In this document: piece by piece, positions 1 through 8,686 of the stretch
Layout of the letters: every line of letters starts with the position of its first letter
Numbering within the stretch: position 1 is the stretch's first letter
The notes under the pieces: model-generated
What the model was told of the DNA's origin: nothing
The model's database searches: none
What the model saw: only the letters and a program-made list of their open reading frames with translations
Program-made: the position numbers and the translations under genes
Source: an uncultured Candidatus Saccharibacteria bacterium
GTDB taxonomy: Bacteria; Patescibacteriota; Minisyncoccia; UBA6257; 2-01-FULL-56-20
Reading direction: 5' to 3'
DNA length: 64,000 bases
NCBI GenBank assembly: GCA_964505005.1
Contig: CAZDFQ010000002.1
Coordinates: 92,310-156,309 of the forward strand

Positions 1-2400
1 TGCCAAGATTTCAATCCCTTTAGTTTTTGCTTCGTTCACGAGAAAAGCGATTCTTTCAATGTCTCCCAGTTCGGCGTTAAGAAGCGCGGCCATGAATTCT
101 TCCGGATAGTGGGCTTTGAGAAAAGCCGTGCGAAAGCCGATTAAGGCGTAGCAGACGCCGTGGCTGCGGTTGAAGCCGTAACGGGCAAACGGCTCGAACC
201 ACTTCCAAATTTCTTTCGCCTTTTTTTCTTCGACGCCATTTCTAACCATCCCTTTGACCATTTTGTCTTCCTGTTCAAGAAGGAGCGATTTTATTTTTTT
301 GCCCACGGCCTTTCTCAAAGTGTCAGCTTCGGAAAAAGTGAAACCAGCCAGCTCCCGGGCGATTTCCATCAATTGTTCCTGATAAAGCATTATTCCATAA
401 GTTCTTTTGAGAATCGGTTCGAGCTTCGGGTGGAGATAAGTTATTTTTTCCCTGCCGTGTTTGCGATTGATGTATTTTGGCACCATGCCGGTTTCCAAAG
501 TTCCCGGTCGGTAGAGCGAAATCATGGCCACGACGTCTTCGAATTCTGTGGGCACCAATTCTTTGAGATAATGCCGCATGCCTTCGCCTTCCAGCTGGAA
601 AACGCCGGTCGTGTCAGCTTTTTGGAGTAATTCGAAAGTCTTTTTGTCATCAAGGCTGAGCTCCGATACTTTTATTTCTTCGCCGCGCAGTTCTTTGATG
701 AGTCGAATCGTTTCTTCGATGATAGTCAGATTTTTCAAGCCCAAGAGGTCCATTTTAAGAAGCCCCAAGTCCTCGATGCTGTGCATTTCGAATTGAGTGA
801 TGACAATGTCTTTGCCCTGCGGGGCAAACTGGAGCGGCACATATTCGGTCAGCGGCTCTTTGGAAATCACCGTACCGCAGGCGTGGACCGAAGCGTGTCT
901 GGCCACGCCCTCTAAGTGTCTGGCTGCGTCAAGAAGTTTTTTGGCATCGTCGTTCGTCTCGTAAAACTCTTTCAATTCCGGCACCTTCTTCACGGCGTCT
1001 TCCAGTTTCAATTGAAAAGGAATGAGTTTGGCAATTTGGTCGCAAAAGCCGTAGCTCAAGCCCATGGCCCGGCCGGCGTCGCGCACCGCGGCCCGGGCCG
1101 CCATGGTTCCGAAAGTAATTATCTGAGCCACCCGATTTTCGCCATATTTTTCGCGGCTGTAAGCCAGCACCTCGTCGCGCCGGGTGTCCGCGAAGTCAAT
1201 GTCGATGTCCGGCATTTGCACCCTTTCCGGATTCAGGAATCGTTCAAAAAGAAGATTGTATTTGAGCGGGTCAACATCGGTGATGCCGAGAATATAGGAA
1301 ACCAAGCTGCCGGCTGAGGAGCCGCGGCCCGGGCCCACGGCAATGCCGTGCGTTTTCGCCCAGGACACCAAATCCTGCACAATGAGGAAATAATCGGCAA
1401 AACCGGTTTTGGTGATGACGCCCAGTTCGTATTCCAGCCGCTCCTTCAATTCCGGTGTTTGTTCATCCGGCGCAAAGCGCTGATTGATTTTTTGATTGAT
1501 TAATTCGCGGAGATATTCGTTGGCTGATTGATTGTTCGGCGTCGGGAAACTCGGCAGGTGGATTTTATTGAGTTCCAGTTCGACATTGCACTGGTCGGCA
1601 ATTTTCGCGGTATTGGCCGCGGCCTCGGGAATTTCTTTGAACACTTCAGCCATTTTCTCCGGGGAAGTCATCGAATAATCGTCGGCTTTCAGAGTCATTC
1701 GGTCATCGTCGCTCAGCCGGCTGCCGGTTTGGACTGCGAGGAGAATGTCATGGTATTCGGAGTCCTCGGCTTCAGCATAATGAATGTCCTGGGTCGCGAC
1801 CAAAGGAGTTTTTGTTGTCCGGCTTAATTCAATCAATCTCCTCCAAACCTTTTTGTGCCACTCCGGATTGAAATTCGGATGATGACCGATTTCCAGAAAG
1901 AAATTTTCCGGACCGAAAATTTCTTTGTATTCATCAATAATGGGTTCCGCTGGCTTGTCGTTCAAAATCGCCTGGACCAATTCGCCGGAATAGCACCCGG
2001 ACAGGGCGATGAGCCCGTCTTTGTACTGGCGCAAGAGGTCTTTATCAACCCGCGGCCGATAATAAAATCCTTCGAGATGCGCTTTGGTAACGAGCTGAAT
2101 CAGATTTTTCCAGCCCTCGTGATTTTTGGCGAGCAGTATCAGATGGTAATAACGTTCGTTCGGCTCGCGGCTGAACCGGTCGCGCGGCGCCACATAAGTT
2201 TCCACGCCTAAAATCGGCTTGAGGCCGGCCGCCTTGGCTTTTTTGTAAAATTCCACGGCACCGTAGAGCGCTCCGTGGTCAGTCAACGCCAGGGCCTCCA
2301 TCCCGAGCGCTTTGGCTTGGCTGATTAAATCGTCAATTTTAGCCAAGCCATCGAGCAGGGAATAGTGAGAATGAGTATGGAGATGAACGAATTTCGACAT
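1..2400 (-). CDS. dnaE: DNA polymerase III alpha subunit, N-terminal part (PHP domain onward). The gene runs off the window start; start codon at 2400-2398.
   Basis: Minus-strand translation begins MSKFVHLHTHSHYSLLDGLAKIDDLISQAKALGMEALALTDHGALYGAVEFYKKAKAAGLKPILGVE..., the classic PHP-domain N-terminus of DnaE. The + strand ORFs at 160-2211 are mirror-frame artefacts. Confidence 0.85.
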   Translation of the reverse strand, partial: MSKFVHLHTHSHYSLLDGLAKIDDLISQAKALGMEALALTDHGALYGAVEFYKKAKAAGLKPILGVETYVAPRDRFSREPNERYYHLILLAKNHEGWKNLIQLVTKAHLEGFYYRPRVDKDLLRQYKDGLIALSGCYSGELVQAILNDKPAEPIIDEYKEIFGPENFFLEIGHHPNFNPEWHKKVWRRLIELSRTTKTPLVATQDIHYAEAEDSEYHDILLAVQTGSRLSDDDRMTLKADDYSMTSPEKMAEVFKEIPEAAANTAKIADQCNVELELNKIHLPSFPTPNNQSANEYLRELINQKINQRFAPDEQTPELKERLEYELGVITKTGFADYFLIVQDLVSWAKTHGIAVGPGRGSSAGSLVSYILGITDVDPLKYNLLFERFLNPERVQMPDIDIDFADTRRDEVLAYSREKYGENRVAQIITFGTMAARAAVRDAGRAMGLSYGFCDQIAKLIPFQLKLEDAVKKVPELKEFYETNDDAKKLLDAARHLEGVARHASVHACGTVISKEPLTEYVPLQFAPQGKDIVITQFEMHSIEDLGLLKMDLLGLKNLTIIEETIRLIKELRGEEIKVSELSLDDKKTFELLQKADTTGVFQLEGEGMRHYLKELVPTEFEDVVAMISLYRPGTLETGMVPKYINRKHGREKITYLHPKLEPILKRTYGIMLYQEQLMEIARELAGFTFSEADTLRKAVGKKIKSLLLEQEDKMVKGMVRNGVEEKKAKEIWKWFEPFARYGFNRSHGVCYALIGFRTAFLKAHYPEEFMAALLNAELGDIERIAFLVNEAKTKGIEILA

Positions 2401-2501
2401 AGTAAAGAGAACGAAAATTCTTTTCAATTGTAATAGATTGTCCGCCGAAAAGGAAGCCTTTTTGCATTTTAGGCGGCTTTTAATAGAATAATAAAGCAAT
2501 T

Positions 2502-2574
2502 GCCACCTTAGCTCAGCTGGTAGAGCAGCACTTTTGTAAAGTGACGGTCCCCGGTTCGAGCCCGGGAGGTGGCT
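2502..2574 (+). tRNA. tRNA-Thr (anticodon TGT)
   Basis: Cloverleaf: acceptor gccacct/aggtggc, D-arm gctcagctggtagagc, anticodon loop tttgtaa, T-arm cccgg-ttcgagc-ccggg, short variable loop. No CCA encoded. Confidence 0.6.
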
Positions 2575-2583
2575 CAAAAAATT

Positions 2584-2994
2584 ATGCAGGACCAATTATT
2601 TTATGTCGGCCAAAAGGCCTTTATCGAGAAGAGTGGCGCAGTTTTGGTGATGTACGATAAAAGCGGTCGGCTTGATTTTCCCGGCGGCAAGATTCAAGAA
2701 AGCGAAGATGACCTCGTTGAATCGTTGAAACGTGAGGTTTTTGAAGAAACCGGTTTGGAGATTGAGGTCGGCGAGCCGTTTTATGTTTGGCATTTTACTT
2801 TACCGCCGGAGCATAAAAATGCCGGCAAAAAAGTTTTTCTCGTCGGGTTCAGGTGCCGTTATGTTGGCGGAGAGTTAAAAGAATCGGCCAGCCATCGCGA
2901 TTACGAGTGGGTGACTCGCGAAACATATGGTAAATTAAATTTCGGAAATTACATCCATTTCAAAGCGCTTGAAAAATATTTTGAGGCCAGGTAA
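2584..2994 (+). CDS. NUDIX hydrolase
   Basis: Nudix box GGKIQESEDDLVESLKREVFEETGLEI (GX5EX7REUXEEXGU). The start was moved to the ATG at 2584 to avoid overlapping the upstream tRNA. Confidence 0.75.
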   Translation: MQDQLFYVGQKAFIEKSGAVLVMYDKSGRLDFPGGKIQESEDDLVESLKREVFEETGLEIEVGEPFYVWHFTLPPEHKNAGKKVFLVGFRCRYVGGELKESASHRDYEWVTRETYGKLNFGNYIHFKALEKYFEAR

Positions 2995-3008
2995 GTTTAA
3001 TAGAGGCC

Positions 3009-3081
3009 GCCGATGTAGCTCAGCTGGTAGAGCAACTCCATGGTAAGGAGTAGGCCGCCGGTTCAAGTCCGGCCATCGGCT
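3009..3081 (+). tRNA. tRNA-Thr (anticodon GGT)
   Basis: Acceptor gccgatg/catcggc, anticodon stem actcc/ggagt with loop atggtaa, T-arm gccgg-ttcaagt-ccggc. Confidence 0.65.
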
Positions 3082-3122
3082 CAATTTACAAAATAGGCTT
3101 TATTTGTTAATATCCCGCCGCA

Positions 3123-3302
3123 ATGGCAAAATTGAAGTATTCAGAAAACTTAATCGCGCTCAAATGTTCGGCCTGCAACCGCCGGAATTATTACACGCGC
3201 AAAAACAAAAAAACTATTGAGCGGAAAATCGAGTTCAAGAAGTTTTGCAAATGGTGTCGAAAACATACATTACATAAAGAGGTTAAAATTACAGGGAAAT
3301 AG
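3123..3302 (+). CDS. rpmG: 50S ribosomal protein L33
   Basis: 59 aa: MAKLKYSENLIALKCSACNRRNYYTRKNKKTIERKIEFKKFCKWCRKHTLHKEVKITGK, with the L33 zinc-ribbon CxxC...CxxC. It is shorter than the ORF-track cutoff, so it was found by manual translation. Confidence 0.8.
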   Translation: MAKLKYSENLIALKCSACNRRNYYTRKNKKTIERKIEFKKFCKWCRKHTLHKEVKITGK

Positions 3303-3498
3303 TTTTCGCACCATTTGCGGGAAAGGGGTTCCGCCAGAGGCGGACAGGCGGGAAAACGGGAGTTTCCCCGTGGCGGAAGTCTTGAAACCGCTGGGTTTCA
3401 AAGAGCGCGAGCGAGTCCACCCAGTTGAGCGAGCGCGAGCAGATGGTGTCACGCACACTATTCACAAGGAGACGAAAATCAGCGGCAAATAGTTTTTT

Positions 3499-3574
3499 GG
3501 GGGCATAGTTTCAATCGGCAAAATATTTCTCTCCAAAAGAAAAGTTCCAGGTTCGAGCCCTGGTGCCCCCGCCA
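3499..3574 (+). tRNA. tRNA-Trp (anticodon CCA), with encoded 3' CCA
   Basis: Acceptor gggggca/tgccccc, anticodon stem tttct/agaaa with loop ctccaaa, T-arm ccagg-ttcgagc-cctgg, then gcca. rpmG followed by tRNA-Trp is a conserved gene order. Confidence 0.6.
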
Positions 3575-3576
3575 TA

Positions 3577-3822
3577 ATGAGGAAAATAACTTTCAACTCC
3601 GTAGCCCAGACTTGTCTCGTGGTTTTTACGATACTGGGATTTTTATTGACTTCGCTGAAATTGCCTCAATATGGTCTTATAGCGGCGCTGATTTCTCAAA
3701 TTTTTTGGCTCTATAGTTCTTACCGGGCCTGGCGTGAAGCCGATCAGATAGGCATATTTATAACGACTATTTTTATAATAATTACGATAGTGTACGGACT
3801 GATAAATTATTGGTTGTTGTAA
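3577..3822 (+). CDS. Small hypothetical membrane protein (81 aa, 2-3 TM). It sits where secE is usually found but does not look like SecE.
   Basis: ORF begins 2 nt after the tRNA-Trp CCA. Hydrophobic segments LVVFTILGFLLTSL, LIAALISQIFWLY and IFITTIFIIITIVYGLINYWLL. Confidence 0.35.
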   Translation: MRKITFNSVAQTCLVVFTILGFLLTSLKLPQYGLIAALISQIFWLYSSYRAWREADQIGIFITTIFIIITIVYGLINYWLL

Positions 3823-3869
3823 TTTGACAGATATTCTGATTTACTATCACCAGCGTTGATGTCTTTACA

Positions 3870-4598
3870 TTGCTTGATAAGGAGGATAAAGCCATGGACG
3901 AATGTCGCGAGGCGCCAGTCAGGCCCTGGAAGCGTCCTGAAACACTTTCCGCTTGGGTCGAAATGTTCGGCAGGATCTACGATGAGCACGACGAGGAGAC
4001 GTACCCCGCCGACAAGGAACTCCTAGCCCGCCTCTATGAAGAATGCCTTCGTCTCTTGGAGCCGCTGCGGAAGGAGCAGTTCGAGAAAATCCGAGCCAGG
4101 TTGCCATACCTCTTCGTATGGTTCGTTGCCTGTTTGAGCCGTGCGAAAGTCGGCCTCGCCCGGGCAGCCTGGCACAAGTATCCCGCGGTCTGCCCCTACA
4201 GGTTCGAAGAAGAGAACTGTACTTGCATCATCATTAGGGGCAGCACCTACCGGCCGGATGATCCGCGACTCATTTCGTATCGGGAGGATATCCGCAAGAT
4301 GCCGCAGTCGCTCTATGAGTGGCAGAGCATGTTCCGCCATCTTTTTGGGGCATGCAACGAGCGGGGGCAGACGACGATGGCGGTTCTCTGCCACTTGGGT
4401 GAAGAGGCACAGGAATTCGGCGAGCAATTCCGGTTCGGGAACAAGGGCAGGATGGAGGAGGCCGCCGATTTCTTCGCTTGGTGGTGCGGGGCCGCGACGA
4501 AACTCGGTATCCAAAATGCGGAGGATCTTCTCTGGCGGCATTACCCCGGAGTGTGCGATGTTTGCGCGCTCCCGCGATGCCGCTGTCCGAAGGTTTGA
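3870..4598 (+). CDS. Cys-rich hypothetical protein with a MazG-like NTP pyrophosphohydrolase-type helical motif, in a GC-rich foreign-looking patch
   Basis: LGEEAQEFGEQFRF...EEAADFFAWWCGAATKLGI resembles the MazG EExxE / EExxD motif pair. C-terminal CDVCALPRCRCP. Local GC is far above neighbouring genes, and overlapping shadow ORFs appear on both strands. Confidence 0.4.
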   Translation: MLDKEDKAMDECREAPVRPWKRPETLSAWVEMFGRIYDEHDEETYPADKELLARLYEECLRLLEPLRKEQFEKIRARLPYLFVWFVACLSRAKVGLARAAWHKYPAVCPYRFEEENCTCIIIRGSTYRPDDPRLISYREDIRKMPQSLYEWQSMFRHLFGACNERGQTTMAVLCHLGEEAQEFGEQFRFGNKGRMEEAADFFAWWCGAATKLGIQNAEDLLWRHYPGVCDVCALPRCRCPKV

Positions 4599-4726
4599 AT
4601 CGGAATGAACTAAGATTGCGGCCTGCTCGATTCTATCGGGTGGGCCGCAAATCATTTCAAAAGGATTTTCGGCAGACGAGCAGCAGTTATCTAACTAATA
4701 TGCTAAAAATGCTAATATAGTTCATT

Positions 4727-5968
4727 GTGTCCGCTTCACTTTCCAAAAAGCAGATTTTCCGGCTCTCCGCGGTTTTTGCTTTGATTTATTTTTTCTCGCC
4801 GAACGGCATGGCTTCTTTGCCCGGCCTGACCGTCAGTTTTCTTTTAAAAGATGTTTTGAAAATAACCGCCACAGCCGCTTCGTATTTCAGCGCGGTTACG
4901 ATTCTCGGCTGGGCAATCAAGCCGCTCTGGGGAATAATTTCCGACACTGTGCCGATTGCCGGTTATCGCCGCAAACCCTATCTCATCATTACGGCAATTT
5001 TGGCAGCCGTTATCTGGTTTTCCCTCGGCCAAATTGAGAATTACACTATCAAAATTTTACTGGTGCTTTTCACTTTATCGTCGTTCGCCTATGCGTTTAT
5101 GGATGTGATTGGTGACGGTTTGATGGTGGAAACCGGCAAGCCCCACAACCTCACTGGCCGGTTCCAGTCAATTCAGTGGACCGCGGTTTATACTGCCTCA
5201 ATCATCACCGGCGTTGCCGGCGGCTGGGTCGCCGAACATCTGAAACCCCAAATCGTCTTTTCTATCAATGCGATTTTCCCTCTTGTTGTTCTCTTAGGGG
5301 TCTTATTGCTTAAAGAAACAAAAGCGCTCGAATATAAAGAGCAGGTCAAAACGAGTTTACGGGCCTTGAAAGAATCATTCAGTAAGCCCACTCTCTGGCT
5401 CTTGGCGTTTTTCCTGTTTTTCTGGACTTTTAGCCCCTCGTTCGGTGCGCCGTTTTTTTATTACGCAGTTGATAATTTGAAATTCGGCAAATTATTTTTC
5501 GGCGTGGTCGGTTCAATCGGCGCGGCAGCGGCGGCTTTGGGTGCGGTGATTTACGGCAAATATCAGCCGAAATTCCGAACTCGTTCCTTGGTAAAATTCG
5601 CTATCATCATCGGCGTCATCGCCACGCTTTTCGATTTGGTTTACTTCACGCCGTTCATTACCCAGCATCTCGAGCGCGCGAGAATGATTTACATTTTGTC
5701 CGCGGCAATTCTCGGCGTCATCGGCAGCATCACTTTTTTGGTGATGCTCAATGCCGCGGCTTTGGCTTCGCCCAGATACAGCGAAGGCACGACTTTTGCC
5801 TTGCTGACCTCCTTCTGGAACATCGGTCTTATCGGTTCGGATATTTTAGGCGGCTATCTTTTCAGTAAAATCGGTTTGCAACCGTTAATCTGGATTTCCG
5901 CTGGGTTCACAGCCGCGGCCTGGCTGATTCTTCCTTATCTCAAATTCGGCGACGAGTCCCGCCCATAA
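4727..5968 (+). CDS. Folate-biopterin transporter (BT1) family MFS permease
   Basis: YFSAVTILGWAIKPLWGIISDTVPIAGYRRKPYLII matches the BT1 family signature. About 12 TM segments. GTG start at 4727; an alternative ATG lies near 4806. Confidence 0.7.
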   Translation: MSASLSKKQIFRLSAVFALIYFFSPNGMASLPGLTVSFLLKDVLKITATAASYFSAVTILGWAIKPLWGIISDTVPIAGYRRKPYLIITAILAAVIWFSLGQIENYTIKILLVLFTLSSFAYAFMDVIGDGLMVETGKPHNLTGRFQSIQWTAVYTASIITGVAGGWVAEHLKPQIVFSINAIFPLVVLLGVLLLKETKALEYKEQVKTSLRALKESFSKPTLWLLAFFLFFWTFSPSFGAPFFYYAVDNLKFGKLFFGVVGSIGAAAAALGAVIYGKYQPKFRTRSLVKFAIIIGVIATLFDLVYFTPFITQHLERARMIYILSAAILGVIGSITFLVMLNAAALASPRYSEGTTFALLTSFWNIGLIGSDILGGYLFSKIGLQPLIWISAGFTAAAWLILPYLKFGDESRP

Positions 5969-6073
5969 TAAAATTATGTGTCGATTTGCATTTTCTCAAT
6001 TATTTTTGTATAATTTAGCCGGTATTTCGGGAAAGTTAGCCGGCCTTACCCAGCCGGCAAGGAGGAGGAAATT

Positions 6074-6256
6074 ATGCGGATTGGGAGGTATTTGTTCAGC
6101 CGCCGGCGGATTTGTCCGTTCTGCGGCTCCGGCTCCGTCACCAAAGTCGGCGAGGAACGGCTGGTCGTCTGCTTGCAGCGGCTGTACTGTTGCAAGCGGT
6201 GCGACCGCACTTTCCGCGGCCGGCGATTTCTCCTCTTTCGGGCTTGCTGGGAATAA
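6074..6256 (+). pseudogene. Remnant of an IS1595-family-like transposase N-terminal zinc-ribbon (60 aa, standalone)
   Basis: Strong RBS aggaggagg 6 nt upstream of the ATG. RRRICPFCGSGSVTKVGEERLVVCLQRLYCCKRCDRTFR resembles the Zn_Tnp_IS1595 ribbon (CPxCG...YxCKxCxxxF). No DDE catalytic domain follows. The surrounding 5970-6410 is GC-rich. Confidence 0.4.
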
Positions 6257-6452
6257 GCCGGCCACAGGCAATCAGGCGTCTCGCCAGATGTTGTTTCAGA
6301 CGACTGGCGAGGCGCCATCTCTTTTATTGTTGCCAGAAAATAAAATTTGGTATAAGCTTCTAAACGCGATGCGAATGACGCGAATGCCATCCGAATGTCG
6401 CGAATAAAAATTTAATTCGTTCGCATTCGTAGTTATTTGTAGCATTTGTAGT

Positions 6453-6815
6453 ATGTTGACTATAAGATTACAGCGCATCGGCAAAAAACATCAGCCAAGC
6501 TACCGCCTGGTGGTGGCTGAAAAACGTTCCAAGCTCGGCGGTCCAGCCAAGGAAGATTTGGGTTTTTACAATCCTCTTCGGAAAGACGCCGGCTTTAAAG
6601 CCGAGCGGATTTTGTACTGGCTCGGCGTCGGCGCCAAGCCCTCGGCCATGGTCCACAATCTTTTGGTCAGACACAATATCCTTAAGGGACCGAAAATAAA
6701 AATTTCCATCAAGAAAAAATCGTCTTCAGAAGCAGCTCCGAAGCCGGCTGAAACCGCTGCCGAATCTTCGGTTGAAATGACGACCGAAATGTCGGCCGAC
6801 GCTTCAACTGCCTAA
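6453..6815 (+). CDS. rpsP: 30S ribosomal protein S16 with a C-terminal low-complexity extension
   Basis: MLTIRLQRIGKKHQPSYRLVVAEKRSKLGGPAKEDLGFYNP... Confidence 0.9.
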   Translation: MLTIRLQRIGKKHQPSYRLVVAEKRSKLGGPAKEDLGFYNPLRKDAGFKAERILYWLGVGAKPSAMVHNLLVRHNILKGPKIKISIKKKSSSEAAPKPAETAAESSVEMTTEMSADASTA

Positions 6816-7100
6816 TTCAATTTAATTTTTTGACAAATATTCTGCAATTTGTATAATCTTTTCATACTTTTCGGCTATTGATGCAAAGATATGCATAACT
6901 TAATTCGGATGGGCGCATTTGTAGTGCGCTATTTGGATGCATAGAAAGGTCGAAAGAAATTCAGCATCACTTGTACATTTGGCAGCGAGGCAACGCAAAA
7001 ATAACCAAACTTTTGTGATTGCCGAGCGAACCAAATGATGGAACGAAGTTCCATGATTTTTGTGGTGAGTTTGGACCACTAGAGTGAGCTTAGAGAATAA

Positions 7101-7397
7101 ATGGCACAAAGCGATCAGGAATTTCTGGAATTTCTCGTCAAGGCGTTGGTTGACCACCCGGACGATGTGAAAGTGGACAGGAAAGTGGACGAGATGGGCG
7201 TGCTTTTGTCTTTGAGGGTTAACCCTCAGGACATGGGACAGGTGGTTGGTCGGCAGGGAGCCACGGCTAAAGCCATCCGCTCGCTGCTTCGAATTGTGGG
7301 AGTGAAGAACAACGCCCGCGTCAATCTGAAAATTGAAGAGCCGGAAGGCAGCACTCGTTCGCCCCGGCCGGCGCCGACCGGAGAAAGCAGTTATTGA
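7101..7397 (+). CDS. KH-domain RNA-binding protein (YlqC/UPF0109 family)
   Basis: VGRQGATAKAIRSLLRIVGVKNNARVNLKI contains the KH GxxG core. Its position after rpsP is conserved. Confidence 0.8.
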   Translation: MAQSDQEFLEFLVKALVDHPDDVKVDRKVDEMGVLLSLRVNPQDMGQVVGRQGATAKAIRSLLRIVGVKNNARVNLKIEEPEGSTRSPRPAPTGESSY

Positions 7398-7458
7398 TTT
7401 TTAATTCGGATGGGCGCATTTGTAGTGCGCTATCCGGATGCCAATAATTGCCAATGCA

Positions 7459-7492
7459 AAAACCGCCCTGAGCTTGTCGAAGGGCGGTTTTT
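7459..7492 (+). terminator. Rho-independent terminator after the KH-protein gene
   Basis: aaaaccgccctgagcttgtcgaagggcggttttt: a GC stem followed by a U-run. Confidence 0.6.
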
Positions 7493-7700
7493 GTTGTGCC
7501 TAATTGACCCCGCACCTTTTGGTAAGAATTCACGCAGCACTTTCTTTCATCATAAAATATATGTAACTCGTGCGCCAAAAGGTGCGGGGTTGACTCTTTT
7601 CACTGTTCTGTGGTAGTTTGGCTTCAGCATAATCCAGCCGCACAGCAATGGGCTGTGAGGGCCGGCCGCTAATGACAATCGAATAGAGGAGGGAACTGCA

Positions 7701-8570
7701 ATGTCTAGAAACTTTCGTGAGTTACTCGAGGCGAAGTGGTCGGAAGGGAAGTTCGTTTGCGTCGGACTCGACAGCGAGTTCGGGAAGATTCCCGAATCTG
7801 CTCGCCGTCCCGGCAACGAGCGCGACATCGATGTCGCCAACACCATCGTCGAGTTCAACCGCGCCATCGTGGAAGCGACCAAGGACATCGTCTGCGCCTA
7901 CAAGCCGAACATCGCGTTTTACGAGGCGCACGGCAGCGAGGGGCTCGCGGCCTTGCACCGCACCATCGTGGACATCCACATTCTCGCGCCGGATGTGCCG
8001 GTGATTCTCGACGCCAAGCGCGCGGACATCGGCAACACCAACAATGGATATTGCCAGATGGCGTTCGAGTGGCTTGGGGCGGATGCGATCACGGTGCATC
8101 CGTACTTCGGAGCCGATGCGCTCCAGCCGTTCCTCGACCGAGCGGATAAGGGCGTTATCGTGCTCTGTCGCACGTCCAACCCGGGTGCAGGCGAGTTCCA
8201 GAATCTGTCCGTGGGCGGCGAGCCGCTCTATCGCTTCGTGGCTCGTTACGTCGCAAGCGAGTGGTGGAACAGGAACGGCAACTGCGCGGTGGTCGTCGGC
8301 GCGACTTATCCCGAGGAGCTTCGGGAAGTCCGCGGCATCGTCGGCGACCTGCCGATTCTCATTCCGGGGGTCGGCTTCCAGCAGAAGGATGTGCCTCTCG
8401 AAGAGCAGGTGCGGCAGGTCGTTTCCGCCGGCAAGGACAGCCGCGGCTGGGGGATGATTATCAATTCCTCGCGCGGCATCATCTTTGCCTCCAAGGGGCC
8501 GGACTTTGCCGAGGCAGCCCGGCGCGAGGCAGGCAAACTCCACGAGCTCATCATCCGCTGCCTTGGCTAG
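7701..8570 (+). CDS. pyrF: Orotidine 5'-phosphate decarboxylase, type 2 (long form)
   Basis: VCVGLDSEF... and DAKRADIGNT (the DxKxxDIxxT active-site motif). About 289 aa, as in type 2 ODCases. GC3 is very high compared with flanking genes. The minus-strand ORF 7722-8618 is a GC shadow ORF. Confidence 0.8.
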   Translation: MSRNFRELLEAKWSEGKFVCVGLDSEFGKIPESARRPGNERDIDVANTIVEFNRAIVEATKDIVCAYKPNIAFYEAHGSEGLAALHRTIVDIHILAPDVPVILDAKRADIGNTNNGYCQMAFEWLGADAITVHPYFGADALQPFLDRADKGVIVLCRTSNPGAGEFQNLSVGGEPLYRFVARYVASEWWNRNGNCAVVVGATYPEELREVRGIVGDLPILIPGVGFQQKDVPLEEQVRQVVSAGKDSRGWGMIINSSRGIIFASKGPDFAEAARREAGKLHELIIRCLG

Positions 8571-8603
8571 CCGGAGCCAAGGCATAGGATGGTAGAAAAG
8601 CGA

Positions 8604-8645
8604 GGGGTCGTTGCTCAAAAGGCAACGACCCCTTTGAAATTTTAT
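8604..8645 (+). terminator. Rho-independent terminator after pyrF
   Basis: ggggtcgttgc-tcaaaag-gcaacgacccc followed by tttgaaatttta. Confidence 0.5.
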
Positions 8646-8686
8646 TTACATTTATGTTATAAATCGTTCGTATTAGATATTCAAAT

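Noticed and set aside
160-2211. Series of + strand ORFs (156, 72, 133, 99 and 118 aa) across the first 2.2 kb
   Set aside because: They are mirror frames of the minus-strand dnaE gene, which gives a continuous, clearly homologous DnaE translation. The + strand products have no motifs.
3217-3492. 91-aa + strand ORF
   Set aside because: It overlaps the clearly recognisable rpmG (L33) in another frame and runs through a hairpin-rich spacer. No RBS or homology.
3577-3822. Calling the 81-aa membrane protein SecE because of its position after rpmG and tRNA-Trp
   Set aside because: The sequence shows 2-3 hydrophobic helices without the amphipathic-helix-plus-single-C-terminal-TM pattern and conserved SecE motif. 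The next gene is not NusG. Kept as hypothetical.
4023-4655. 210-aa minus-strand ORF and 155-aa + ORF (4141-4608) overlapping the MazG-like CDS
   Set aside because: Typical shadow ORFs of a GC-rich segment. Only the 3870-4598 frame shows a recognisable motif.
7722-8618. 298-aa minus-strand ORF antisense to pyrF, plus other long antisense ORFs (7717-8004, 7736-8149, 8044-8457)
   Set aside because: High GC3 in pyrF suppresses stop codons in the alternative frames. PyrF carries the DxKxxDIxxT active-site motif; the antisense products are Arg/Ala-rich low-complexity.
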